DNA from: Nitrospirota bacterium
GTDB lineage: Bacteria > Nitrospirota > Nitrospiria > JACQBW01
NCBI GenBank assembly: GCA_016194305.1
Contig: JACQBW010000008.1
Location: 85,684-149,683, forward strand
Length of the DNA: 64,000 bases
Direction: 5' to 3'
Shown here piece by piece: positions 38,750 through 47,797 of this stretch (its first letter is position 1; each line of letters begins with the position of its first letter). The notes below the pieces were generated by a model. It saw nothing but the letters and a program-made list of their open reading frames with translations, searched no databases and was not told the origin of the DNA. The translations under genes and the position numbers were made by a program.

Positions 38750-39742
38750 TCAGGAACCGCTGAGGGCAACTGTTGCGACGACATTCAAACCGGATCGGAG
38801 AATGACCTCCGGATGCGATTTGAGTTCGGATTCATCCAAGACGATTTTGACCGGAACCCGTTGGACGACTTTGACATAATTTCCGGTGGCGTTTTCCGGA
38901 GGGAGAAGAGAGAAGCGTGCACCTGTCCCTGCGGCAATGCTATCGATTCGTCCATGAAATAGAAGACCAGGGTAAGAATCGACCCGAACCTCCGCTTTCT
39001 GGCCCGGCCTCATGCGGCCGGTCTGCGTCTCCTTGAAATTGGCGACGACCCAGAGGTCTGTGAGTGGGACAATTGCCATCAAAGACTGACCCATTTGAAC
39101 CCATTGGCCAGGCTGAACCGATTTCTTGGAGACCTTCCCGGATGCAGGGGAGGTGATATGGGTGTAAGATAATTCCAGTTCGGCGTTATTTAGAGCCGCT
39201 TCGGCTTCGACCACTTTGGCTTCACCCAGTTTAACCTGCGCCCGGGTGACGGCGATCTGCTGTTCCAGCGCCCGGAACTTTGACGCATTGGAAGAGGCCG
39301 CCCGTTCGGCCTCTTCCAGCTGTTGGTGCGATATTTCATCGTTTGCCGCCAGAAGTTTATATCGCCTGAGATCACTCAGCGATTTCTGATAATCGGCATT
39401 GGCGGCTTCACTCTGCGAAATAATCTGGCCGACCTGTGCCTGGGTCGAAAGGAGCGTTTCCCGAGCCGCCTGCCGCAAAGCAACCGCCTGTTCAACATGG
39501 ATTTGGTAATCCTTGCTCTCGATATTCATCAGCGGATCGCCTTTACGTACTTCCTGATTATCCCGGACGAACACTTCGGACACATATCCCGAGACCTTGG
39601 GAATAATCGGGAAGAGATCTCCCTCAATCTGGGCATCGTCGGTCGAAATAAAATTCTGGGATCGCTGGTAGTAATAGAGCCCCCAAAAGAGGCCTCCGAG
39701 AAGCAATAGAACAATAAGAGTCAGTTTGATTTTTTTATTCAA
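38750..39742 (-). CDS. HlyD/EmrA-family membrane-fusion protein
   Basis: N-terminal TM anchor, coiled-coil region and beta-barrel region. Confidence 0.85.
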   Translation of the reverse strand: MNKKIKLTLIVLLLLGGLFWGLYYYQRSQNFISTDDAQIEGDLFPIIPKVSGYVSEVFVRDNQEVRKGDPLMNIESKDYQIHVEQAVALRQAARETLLSTQAQVGQIISQSEAANADYQKSLSDLRRYKLLAANDEISHQQLEEAERAASSNASKFRALEQQIAVTRAQVKLGEAKVVEAEAALNNAELELSYTHITSPASGKVSKKSVQPGQWVQMGQSLMAIVPLTDLWVVANFKETQTGRMRPGQKAEVRVDSYPGLLFHGRIDSIAAGTGARFSLLPPENATGNYVKVVQRVPVKIVLDESELKSHPEVILRSGLNVVATVALSGS

Positions 39743-39758
39743 GAGGATTCCTTCCTGT

Positions 39759-41075
39759 TTAAGGTAAACGAGAAAAAAACTCGTCCATCTGGCCTGTCAC
39801 ATAAAAATATCTTAAAATTCCGGCTTGGAGCTCAAATTGCGCCTCCACCAGCGCTTCTCGCGCTTCAGTCAAGGTCGTCTGCGATTTAATTAATTCGATA
39901 TGGGTCCCCACGCCGCTCTTGAACCGGTGTTCTGAAAGACTCAGCTCTTTTTCGGCGAGGGCAAGTCTTTCATTAGCCAGATCGAGCTCTTTCTTGACGG
40001 CGTTAAAATCATTGTAAATCTGCCTGACCTCCAGTTCAACTTGCAGGGCGGCATCGGTGCTCCGCACTTTTTCCTGCTGGAGCTGGCTCATGAGGCTCTG
40101 TTCATGGGAATGTCGGACCTCTCCGTCATAAAGCGGCCAGTTGAGCATGATGCCGACAGTTTGAGTGGGGAAACTGTCAGAAATGCCATTCCCGGTTTCC
40201 CCATAATCTGCAAAAAGATTGATGGAAGGATATTTCTCTTTGGATGCCGCCTTCAGCTGAATCTCTTTGACCTTTTCCTTTTGGGATTGAAAGGCCAGCT
40301 CCTTCCGCCGGCTTAATGCGATCTGAAGACTCTCCTGGATATTTGGAAAAGAGGTCTCCGGTAGAGGCCGGTTGTCGAGCGTCAACATTTCACCCAGCGG
40401 AATACCCAACTGATTCTGCAGGGTCAGAAAAGCGTCCTCTTTCTGAGTGACCGCTGAGACCAGTTTTTGACGGTCTTCCGACAGTTTCACCATGGCCCGG
40501 GTGACGTCCAGAATGGTACTGACGCCGCTCTCTTTTTCATGTTCGGCGAACTTAAGGAGCTCCTCCGAGAGCTGGACATTGGCCTGATCCGCACTGAGGG
40601 AGGACTCGGCTTTTTTGGAATTCAGATAAAGAATGGCGGTTTGATAAAGAAGTTCTGACTCGGTCTGACTCAGTTCTATTTCAGATGCACGGCTCTCTTC
40701 GTCCGCGGCATAAAGCTGATTGAGAGAATTCAGATTCAGCAACGTTTCGTTAAAAGACAATCGTGCGTCAAACGTGCTGAATGGCCCGATCTTGTCGGGC
40801 GCCCCCGGAAAAGTGATCCCCTGTGCCTTGAGATTGGTCTCGCCCCGACGTTCCAAAAGATTGAAAGAGAGTTTCGGGAGAAAGGCAGATCGCTTTTCCA
40901 GACGAAGAGCCTGTTTTTCGATAATCTTCTGCTTTCCGATCGCCCTTTTGGAGCTGTTTTTCAAATTAAGCTCCAGAGCGGCTCTGAGCGTGAGCGTATC
41001 GCTGGCAAAAAGAATCTCGGTTTGAAACAAAGAGACCCAGACTAAAAGAGATATGAAAAATAAACGGAGACTCAT
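39759..41075 (-). CDS. TolC-family outer-membrane efflux protein
   Basis: Signal peptide and two OEP repeats. Confidence 0.8.
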   Translation of the reverse strand: MSLRLFFISLLVWVSLFQTEILFASDTLTLRAALELNLKNSSKRAIGKQKIIEKQALRLEKRSAFLPKLSFNLLERRGETNLKAQGITFPGAPDKIGPFSTFDARLSFNETLLNLNSLNQLYAADEESRASEIELSQTESELLYQTAILYLNSKKAESSLSADQANVQLSEELLKFAEHEKESGVSTILDVTRAMVKLSEDRQKLVSAVTQKEDAFLTLQNQLGIPLGEMLTLDNRPLPETSFPNIQESLQIALSRRKELAFQSQKEKVKEIQLKAASKEKYPSINLFADYGETGNGISDSFPTQTVGIMLNWPLYDGEVRHSHEQSLMSQLQQEKVRSTDAALQVELEVRQIYNDFNAVKKELDLANERLALAEKELSLSEHRFKSGVGTHIELIKSQTTLTEAREALVEAQFELQAGILRYFYVTGQMDEFFSRLP

Positions 41076-41602
41076 CTTTTAGGGCGATCTCCTTGAACAA
41101 GGTGTTCCCACTCAGCGCTTTCAAATAGGAGTCTGACCTTTCGAAGCATAGAAGCGCTCAGGTTCAGCTCTTTTGCCGGAAGAGAAATCTTGAGACGGGA
41201 AAGAAGTTCATCTTCCTGACGACTCATTGCTTTAAGCAGATCCTGTCCTTTCTGGTTCAATTTGACAAGAGGAGAGCGTTTGTGGGCCGGATTGTCAATA
41301 TAGGTGACATAACCCCCTTCATGGAGCTGACTGACGATCGTCTGAATGTATTGCCGGGAAACCGGCCGGATTCGGGCCATTTGCGGGACGGTCTGCGGTC
41401 CTAACCGTTCCAGATTTTTTAAAAGGCCCCGTTTGGGTCCGGAAGTTTCGCCCTGCTGATGAATCTGTTCGGCAACCACCCTCAATCGGTAAAATAGGGC
41501 TACCGTTTCATTGATTAACGATTCCAGAGGAGACTCCTTTGGAGGAGCTACTGGACCGGGACTTTTTCTTATGGGCGTTCTTACCATACGAGAAGTTTCC
41601 AA
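41072..41602 (-). CDS. MarR-family transcriptional regulator (first gene of the efflux operon)
   Basis: Winged helix-turn-helix (VPQMARIRPVSRQYIQTIVSQLHEGGYVTYIDNPAHKRSPLVKLNQKGQ). Confidence 0.8.
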   Translation of the reverse strand: METSRMVRTPIRKSPGPVAPPKESPLESLINETVALFYRLRVVAEQIHQQGETSGPKRGLLKNLERLGPQTVPQMARIRPVSRQYIQTIVSQLHEGGYVTYIDNPAHKRSPLVKLNQKGQDLLKAMSRQEDELLSRLKISLPAKELNLSASMLRKVRLLFESAEWEHLVQGDRPKR

Positions 41603-41628
41603 CAGGAAACATCATCATGTCAAGAAAA

Positions 41629-41643
41629 TTGTCATTATGACAA
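41629..41643. promoter_or_regulatory. Palindrome TTGTCAT-t-ATGACAA: candidate MarR operator
   Basis: 15-bp perfect palindrome 27-41 nt upstream of the marR start (minus strand). Confidence 0.45.
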
Positions 41644-41894
41644 CTTTATTGCCTTACAGGCACTTTTAAAGGAAACTGTTTCAATCTGTCGGCATTTATA
41701 TTAAAATACTTTTCTTTTTCTGGAGCTTCGTGCCCAGCTATTTTTATTTGTCATTCCCGAATGATTTAATCTGGGATCTAGTAAGAACGAACGCCGCCGA
41801 GACGGAGAGGCGGCAGGGAGAACAGCACTTTTTTTTAAATTATCTCGGTTTAGGTTCGAGCAGTTTATATTTCTTCTTGCGAAGTGTTTTTGAA

Positions 41895-41981
41895 GCCGAA
41901 GTGGTGGAATTGGTAGACACGCTAGGTTCAGGGTCTAGTGGGGGTGACCCCGTGGGGGTTCGAGTCCCCCCTTCGGCACCA
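41895..41981 (+). tRNA. tRNA-Leu (anticodon CAG)
   Basis: Acceptor stem GCCGAAG/CTTCGGC; anticodon loop TTCAGGG; long variable arm; T-arm GGGGGTTCGAGTCCCCC; 3' ACCA. Confidence 0.85.
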
Positions 41982-42366
41982 TCTTCTTTTCAATAAAATC
42001 AATAAGTTATTCTAAATCTGGTTTCCTATAAATAATTCTTCTCTTTAATTTTTCCAAAACTTGAACACTAGCACAGGAGACGATTTAATTCGCAATCAGA
42101 AGGTCAGGGGTTTGTTCCCGCTCATTTCCTTTAATAATTTGAAATCCAGAAATCCAAAACCCATGGATATCATACTTATTTAGTTAGTTTTGTTTTGAAC
42201 TTGGCCAGTATTTCTGGTGACAAAATCCGGGGAGAGGAAAAATTGAAGAACGTAAATTAAGTATGGTTTGGACGACATACCAATAATAGCAGCACTTCAT
42301 GTTTTTATAATTCTTTTGATTTATTAATTGAGTTTAGATGTCCCCCGTAGCTACTGCTATCCGGTT

Positions 42367-42813
42367 CTAGTTCCAGTCGTCGATCTTGATGTCGTGAGGT
42401 TCGGGGGAGCCTTTCCCGGTTTCGAGAAGTGATTTCAGGCTCAACATAAAAACTCCCCACTTGGTACTGCAGTGGTACATCATTTCGCTCTGCTCCTTCC
42501 AGCCTTGGTGTTTGAAGAAGACGATAGTGTAGTCGCCCTCCTGTCTAAGTTGAAAGCTTATTTTCGTATCGATCCATTCTTTGGGTCCGTCGACTACTTG
42601 CCACACCACGCTCTTGGCGGGATGAAGCTCAATAACCTTCATGTCAAAACCGCCGACCTCAAAACGGAATTGGAGGACTCCACCGACTTTGCCACTTTCC
42701 CCCTTGGTGTTTTTCGTCCACCACGCTGCAAGACCTTCGTGCGTGGTCAACGCTTTATAAACGGCGTCCAGAGACGACGACTTGATTCCTACTTTATGTA
42801 AGATATCTCCCAT
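42367..42813 (-). CDS. SRPBCC-superfamily protein (AHSA1/polyketide-cyclase-like)
   Basis: 148-aa protein with an AHSA1-like fold pattern; paired with a second copy and ArsR. Confidence 0.55.
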   Translation of the reverse strand: MGDILHKVGIKSSSLDAVYKALTTHEGLAAWWTKNTKGESGKVGGVLQFRFEVGGFDMKVIELHPAKSVVWQVVDGPKEWIDTKISFQLRQEGDYTIVFFKHQGWKEQSEMMYHCSTKWGVFMLSLKSLLETGKGSPEPHDIKIDDWN

Positions 42814-42877
42814 AGGTAATGTCTCCTCTTAGTTGTTGACTCTTGTACATGTTTCTAATTCGACCAACTTTTTCTCG

Positions 42878-43321
42878 TTATTTCGTTTTGGCCCATTTTT
42901 CTAACATACTCATACAACCCTCCCAACCCTCTGTATGGCCCTTTTTGTCCTCTTCGTTTCGTAACCCCTCATGAGTGAGTGTTAAGTCGGTCACATTTTC
43001 TGAAACTTTTTTGAAAATCAAGGTCACGGTTGTTTCGTAATCGGCCTCCTGTTTAGGATGCCAGGTAAATACCAGCTTATTCGGACGATCGATGACTTTA
43101 TATTGACCGTTAGTAGGACAGGATATCTCTGTACCCATCTTCATTTCCACCCGCCAGGCACCACCCACCCGCAAATCCGCCTCAGCGGCCGAGGTCGTCA
43201 TTTTCTCACTGGCTCGAAACCACTGTTTCATCAGTTCCGGCTTGGTCCAGGCGTCAAAAAGCCGCTCTGCCGAAGCGTTGATTGTTCGTCGAACCATTAA
43301 CACCATATTGTCTTGCTTCAT
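42878..43321 (-). CDS. SRPBCC-superfamily protein (AHSA1-like), second copy
   Basis: ERLFDAWTKPELMKQWF matches AHSA1-family N-terminal motifs. Confidence 0.6.
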   Translation of the reverse strand: MKQDNMVLMVRRTINASAERLFDAWTKPELMKQWFRASEKMTTSAAEADLRVGGAWRVEMKMGTEISCPTNGQYKVIDRPNKLVFTWHPKQEADYETTVTLIFKKVSENVTDLTLTHEGLRNEEDKKGHTEGWEGCMSMLEKWAKTK

Positions 43322-43683
43322 TTTTTCTCCTCCTGTTTTTGATCTCTATTTGAAGCCATAAATTGCTCCAACTCATCCAATTGGTTGTTCCAGAACTGCC
43401 GGTATTTTTCCAACCAATCCACCGCCTTTCCCATCGTCTTCGGCCTCAAGGTTAGACGAAAAACTCGTCCATCCGCTTCATCTGTTTTACGTTCAATTAA
43501 ATGACCCTTTTCCAACACTTTCAGGTGTTTGGAGATGGCCGGAAGCGTCAATTGGGATTTGCCCGCCAAGTCACCTACCTTGGCTTCCCCTTTGGAAAGG
43601 GTCATCAAAATCTCCCGCCGGGTTGGGTCCGAAAGGGCGTAAAAGACGTGGTCCAAAAGGGCTGTTGCGTTTTTTGATCTCAT
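43318..43683 (-). CDS. ArsR/SmtB-family transcriptional regulator
   Basis: LSDPTRREILMTL...VGDLAGKSQLTLPAISKHLKVLEKGHLI. Confidence 0.85.
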   Translation of the reverse strand: MRSKNATALLDHVFYALSDPTRREILMTLSKGEAKVGDLAGKSQLTLPAISKHLKVLEKGHLIERKTDEADGRVFRLTLRPKTMGKAVDWLEKYRQFWNNQLDELEQFMASNRDQKQEEKK

Positions 43684-43693
43684 GTATCCTCCA

Positions 43694-43709
43694 ATATAGT
43701 TAACTATAT
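43694..43709. promoter_or_regulatory. Perfect 16-bp palindrome ATATAGTTAACTATAT: candidate ArsR operator
   Basis: Located 11 nt upstream of the arsR start codon. Confidence 0.5.
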
Positions 43710-43925
43710 AGCAAACTAAATTGCCAATTGCAAGTTAATTTTTAAGATATAGAAAACTGAACTACTTTTGGTGGCATAAGCTTTTAAAGGCCTTTTTAAA
43801 GAATAAAATAATGATCCAAGAGTAAAAGAGGTTCGGATTGGGAATTACAACTTGTTACAACTTTGTACATAGACGAAAAGACTTTGAAAACAACTCCAGC
43901 TATAACTGAACTCGTAAGATTATAA

Positions 43926-44129
43926 ATGGATAGGGAGGAGATCATGAGCTGTATGAAATGTGGGGGATTGATGGTTCATGAACATTTCCGGGACTACCTC
44001 GGAACTCAAACTCACTGCGAAGTGATCGGATGGCGCTGTGTGATCTGTGGGTTAAGGCATGATCGTCTCATTCAGATCCGGCAGACGGAAAGAAAGGAGG
44101 CCTTCGAGATTAAAAACCAAAGTATCTGA
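43926..44129 (+). CDS. Small zinc-ribbon protein (hypothetical)
   Basis: CMKCGG...CVICG, two CxxC pairs; preceded by a GGGAGGAG ribosome-binding site. Confidence 0.4.
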   Translation: MDREEIMSCMKCGGLMVHEHFRDYLGTQTHCEVIGWRCVICGLRHDRLIQIRQTERKEAFEIKNQSI

Positions 44130-44205
44130 TCGGGGTAACCGACCCATACTGTAAAAGCCTTTTAAGAAAACTTATCAATTATTACTTTATTAAGGAGAGT
44201 ATTCA

Positions 44206-44742
44206 ATGAAAATCATTTTCAAGAGTCTATTGTTTATGTTCACTACAATATTGTCCGCATCCCCTCTAGCCATGGCTGAACCGATGGATTATGCCGGAAC
44301 GCATGAAGAGATGGGAAGCCATTCGATGATGCACCACGGGATGGAACATCATTCGATACACGGTGAAGATTGCAAAATAAATGGTCACTGGATGAAGCCT
44401 CATAATGCCGCGAACCATTTTCTGGCGATGAAAGAGGCTTTAAAATTAAACGAGAAGCAGGTCAGCGAATTGAAGGTTTTGAGAGATAATTATCGAGCTG
44501 AAAATACCGTCAATGAAGCGAAGCTGAAAGTTGCTGAAGAAGAACTTAAAGATCTTCTCGTCGAAGATTCGGTCAACGTTGAAAAAACGGAGGCCAAAGT
44601 TAAGGAGATCGAGGCCTTAAAGGGAGGCCTTTGGAACAGCTATATTAGACAAATTGCCAAAATCAAGACCCTTATTCCAAAGGAGCAGATGAAATCCCTG
44701 CATGAATCAGGTCCCAAGCATCACGGGATGGAAAGGGACTGA
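44206..44742 (+). CDS. Periplasmic Spy/CpxP/ZraP-like protein with a His/Met-rich N-terminal region
   Basis: Signal peptide, HSMMHHGMEHHSIHGED stretch and LxxxQ helical repeats. Confidence 0.55.
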   Translation: MKIIFKSLLFMFTTILSASPLAMAEPMDYAGTHEEMGSHSMMHHGMEHHSIHGEDCKINGHWMKPHNAANHFLAMKEALKLNEKQVSELKVLRDNYRAENTVNEAKLKVAEEELKDLLVEDSVNVEKTEAKVKEIEALKGGLWNSYIRQIAKIKTLIPKEQMKSLHESGPKHHGMERD

Positions 44743-44940
44743 CGCTGAACGTCGGAGGGATGATCGAATCCTGCCGAATTGGCAGGATTCACTCCGAACT
44801 TTGATGGAAGATCTCTTTGAAGTAGAGAAGTCAGAACGATCAGTTTATGGTAACATATCTGAAAATGTGGTTAAATTGGGCGTTTTTTGTTTGAATGCGA
44901 TCCACGAATGGCGTAGAACCCGGGTATATAACAGGACGGA

Positions 44941-45642
44941 ATGATGAAAACTTCTATTCTTATTATAGACGATGACCAGAAATTAAATAAACTGGTGGTC
45001 GAATTGCTTCATGATTTTGGATTCGAAACTGAAACGGCCATTCATCCCGAAGATGGGTTAAAAAAGCTGAGGGAAAAATCACCGGATTTGATTATTCTCG
45101 ATGTGATGCTTCCGGGGATGAACGGATTTGAGGTCTGCAAGAAGATTCGGCAGACCAGCCCGGTCCCGATTATCATGTTGACCGCCCGGGGGGAGGTCAC
45201 GGATAAAATCGTAGGCCTGGAGCTTGGTGCGGATGATTACTTGCCCAAACCGTTTGAGCCGAGGGAACTCATTGCCCGCATTCACACGATTCTCCGCAGA
45301 ACCAACGGGAACGTTCAAACGAAGATCCGGCAGTTCGGCCGGTTGAAGGTTGATTTTGCCAAACGGGAGGCGAAGCTGGAAGATGAAGTTTTGGAATTAA
45401 CCACCGTCGAATTTGCGACGCTGGTCTTTCTCATTAAAAATAAGGGGAAAGTGCTGAATCGCGATGAGATCCTGGAAGAGTTGAGAGGGATCGAATGTGA
45501 AGCGTTCAACCGATCCGTAGACATTACCATCAGCCGTCTTCGTCATAAACTTCGCGATGATCCGAAAAAACCTACTTTTATTAAAACAGTCTTTGGCACC
45601 GGATATCTGTTCATCGGGGGCGAGAACGAAATTGAAAAATAG
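44941..45642 (+). CDS. OmpR-family response regulator
   Basis: Receiver domain (ILIIDDD...LDVMLPGMNG) plus a winged-helix Trans_reg_C output domain. Confidence 0.9.
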   Translation: MMKTSILIIDDDQKLNKLVVELLHDFGFETETAIHPEDGLKKLREKSPDLIILDVMLPGMNGFEVCKKIRQTSPVPIIMLTARGEVTDKIVGLELGADDYLPKPFEPRELIARIHTILRRTNGNVQTKIRQFGRLKVDFAKREAKLEDEVLELTTVEFATLVFLIKNKGKVLNRDEILEELRGIECEAFNRSVDITISRLRHKLRDDPKKPTFIKTVFGTGYLFIGGENEIEK

Positions 45643-46951
45643 CCCGATTCATCCCTTTTTTAATTCTATTTTCACCAAGCTCATTCTGATTTTTATTTTG
45701 TCAGGCCTCTGCGTATTTCTCCTCTTGAAGAGTTTTAACCGGTACATGTTCAGGAGTACGGAAGACACCGCCTTGCGAAAGAGTGTGGTTCATTACCTGA
45801 CCTATCTGGTTCAGGATCTGGGGAGCCCCCCGGATCTGGATCGTGCAAAGGAGATTGCCGGGCAATCTTCCCTCAAGATTCGATATGAAAGTCCGGAATT
45901 GACCTGGTCCACGCCGGATTTTCCCGTTTTAGTTTCTCAACCCGAGTTTCATGTCTGGAAGGAGTATACGAATATTCGGGCGGGAAAGGGGCCCGGTTGT
46001 GTCCTTGTCGAATTGACCCAGGGAAATGGCAGATATCTCTTTGAGTTTACGCCAGCTTTTACCCGAGAAATCGGAAATATGGAGCCTCTGGTGGTCCTGA
46101 CCATTCTTTTGATGCTGGTCCTTCTTGCGACCTATTTTACGATTCGCGGGATCCTGAATCCGGTCAAAGGACTCACAATCGGTGTCGAGGAAGTGACCCG
46201 GGGTAATCTGGACTATCGGGTTCCCATCAAACGGTCTGACGAGCTGGGTCAACTGGCCAAGGCGTTTAACGCCATGACCGGCCGGATTCGAACAATGCTT
46301 CGCGCGAAGGAACAATTAATGCTGGATGTCAGCCATGAACTTCGATCTCCGCTGACCCGGATCAAGCTTTCTCTTCGATTGATACCTGAAAGCCGTATGA
46401 AGGAAAATATCCAGGAGGATGTCCTGGAAATGGAGAAAATGGTGACACAGTCTTTGGATGCCGCGAAAGAGAGCTTTATGCCGGGACAACTCAATCTTCA
46501 GCCGGTCGATCTCGCAGAGCTGATTGATCAGGTCATACCGCTATTCAAGAACCGGCATCCCGGAATTCAATGGGTTGAACGGCGCGACAAAATAGTGCTT
46601 CGGATTGACCCGGACAGGATCAAAAGCGTGATCAAAAATCTATTGGATAATGCGATCAAATATTCCGTGGAAGGGGGATCACCGATCAAGGTGTCGATTG
46701 AAAAAAGGGACTCTCGGGTGATCGTTCGTATTCAGGATCACGGGATCGGAATTCCCGCAGATGAGATTCCGCTGATTTTTGAGCCTTTTTACCGGGTGGA
46801 CAAATCCAGGTCCAAGGATACAGGTGGATTCGGATTGGGTCTGAGTCTTTGCAAATCGGTCATGGAAGCGCATCAGGGAGAAATCAAGATCGAAAGCGCT
46901 CACGAAATGGGGACCACCGTCTCCCTCCATTTTCCGGATATGAACGTCTGA
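45557..46951 (+). CDS. Sensor histidine kinase (two TM segments, HAMP, HisKA, HATPase_c)
   Basis: HELRSPLT H-box and GGFGLGLSL G2 box. The annotated start overlaps the response regulator by 85 nt, so the true start is uncertain. Confidence 0.85.
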   Translation: MIRKNLLLLKQSLAPDICSSGARTKLKNSPIHPFFNSIFTKLILIFILSGLCVFLLLKSFNRYMFRSTEDTALRKSVVHYLTYLVQDLGSPPDLDRAKEIAGQSSLKIRYESPELTWSTPDFPVLVSQPEFHVWKEYTNIRAGKGPGCVLVELTQGNGRYLFEFTPAFTREIGNMEPLVVLTILLMLVLLATYFTIRGILNPVKGLTIGVEEVTRGNLDYRVPIKRSDELGQLAKAFNAMTGRIRTMLRAKEQLMLDVSHELRSPLTRIKLSLRLIPESRMKENIQEDVLEMEKMVTQSLDAAKESFMPGQLNLQPVDLAELIDQVIPLFKNRHPGIQWVERRDKIVLRIDPDRIKSVIKNLLDNAIKYSVEGGSPIKVSIEKRDSRVIVRIQDHGIGIPADEIPLIFEPFYRVDKSRSKDTGGFGLGLSLCKSVMEAHQGEIKIESAHEMGTTVSLHFPDMNV

Positions 46952-46969
46952 CAAGAGGGTCAGGAATTT

Positions 46970-47305
46970 TTATTGCGAGTTGGATTCTTTCGTAATGCGG
47001 CGGAGCCTGGCAATCATTTTTTCTGTGGGTATCCGGTCCCCTTGCTGGTTTCCAACGTCAATCCCTTTTTTAAGAATAGCAATCAACTCGTCTCTTTTCC
47101 CCAGTTTATTTAAAACCTGAGTCAGAAGATAATAAGAGGCGGTATGATCCGGATTCAACTTCAAACCTTTTTTCAGGGTTTGCTCCGCTTCAATATCAAA
47201 CCCTTCCGTAAAATAAGCCTGTCCCAAACCAAAACAGGTTGTAGAATCCGTTGGATCGATGGCAAGAATGTTTTCAAATTTTATGATCCGGTCTGACTTT
47301 TCCAT
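46970..47305 (-). CDS. Small TPR-like protein
   Basis: 111-aa helical repeat protein. Confidence 0.4.
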   Translation of the reverse strand: MEKSDRIIKFENILAIDPTDSTTCFGLGQAYFTEGFDIEAEQTLKKGLKLNPDHTASYYLLTQVLNKLGKRDELIAILKKGIDVGNQQGDRIPTEKMIARLRRITKESNSQ

Positions 47306-47399
47306 GAATTTGTTTTACAACTATTCTAAATGGGTCTGGACCCCAAAAGCCGTTACCTATAACATCCTCCTGAAATGGCATATCATGTATATCGTTGGA

Positions 47400-47615
47400 T
47401 TACGATCTGAAGAACCAGGGCAACCCGGATAAAATGATACCAATAATCACCATCTCATAAATATTGGATACTAAAAAAGGAAAAACGTTCAGGGCGACGC
47501 CTACCCACAATGGTGTCATTTTTCCTTGTCTCTTGCCATAGATAAAATATCCGACCCCGATCGTTCCAAATATCATTGAAAAGATTAACGTGGTTCCAAA
47601 ATCCATTTGGCTCAC
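47400..47615 (-). CDS. Small membrane protein (two TM segments), hypothetical
   Basis: 71-aa hydrophobic ORF. Confidence 0.3.
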   Translation of the reverse strand: MSQMDFGTTLIFSMIFGTIGVGYFIYGKRQGKMTPLWVGVALNVFPFLVSNIYEMVIIGIILSGLPWFFRS

Positions 47616-47797
47616 TATCTGATTTCGTTTGATGACAACTATTGGAAGTTAAATCAATGACTGTTTGAGTGGATTCTAAGTAAGTTTTGAGAAAAAGACA
47701 AGAATTGCCATTCTTTTTTTTTGACATTGCCTGAGCGATCAGTTCAAACTGAGAGAACCGCTCAGATCAATTTCAATCGGATAAGGAGAATCGGGTT

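Noticed and set aside
41730-41996. 88-aa ORF overlapping tRNA-Leu
   Set aside because: Overlaps a clearly folded tRNA gene and the AT-rich promoter region, and has no start context; it is an artefact of the six-frame translation.
43700-43735. Sigma-54-like TGGCAA...TTTGC on the minus strand upstream of arsR
   Set aside because: GG-to-GC spacing is 11 rather than 10 nt, which is generally non-functional for RpoN. ArsR-family genes are normally sigma-70-driven and autoregulated at the adjacent palindrome.
47690-47720. AGAAT-tgcc-ATTCT hairpin followed by T9 as a terminator
   Set aside because: The stem is only 5 bp, and no plus-strand gene ends upstream of it; the nearest plus-strand gene ends about 750 bp away. 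On the minus strand it precedes rather than follows a gene.
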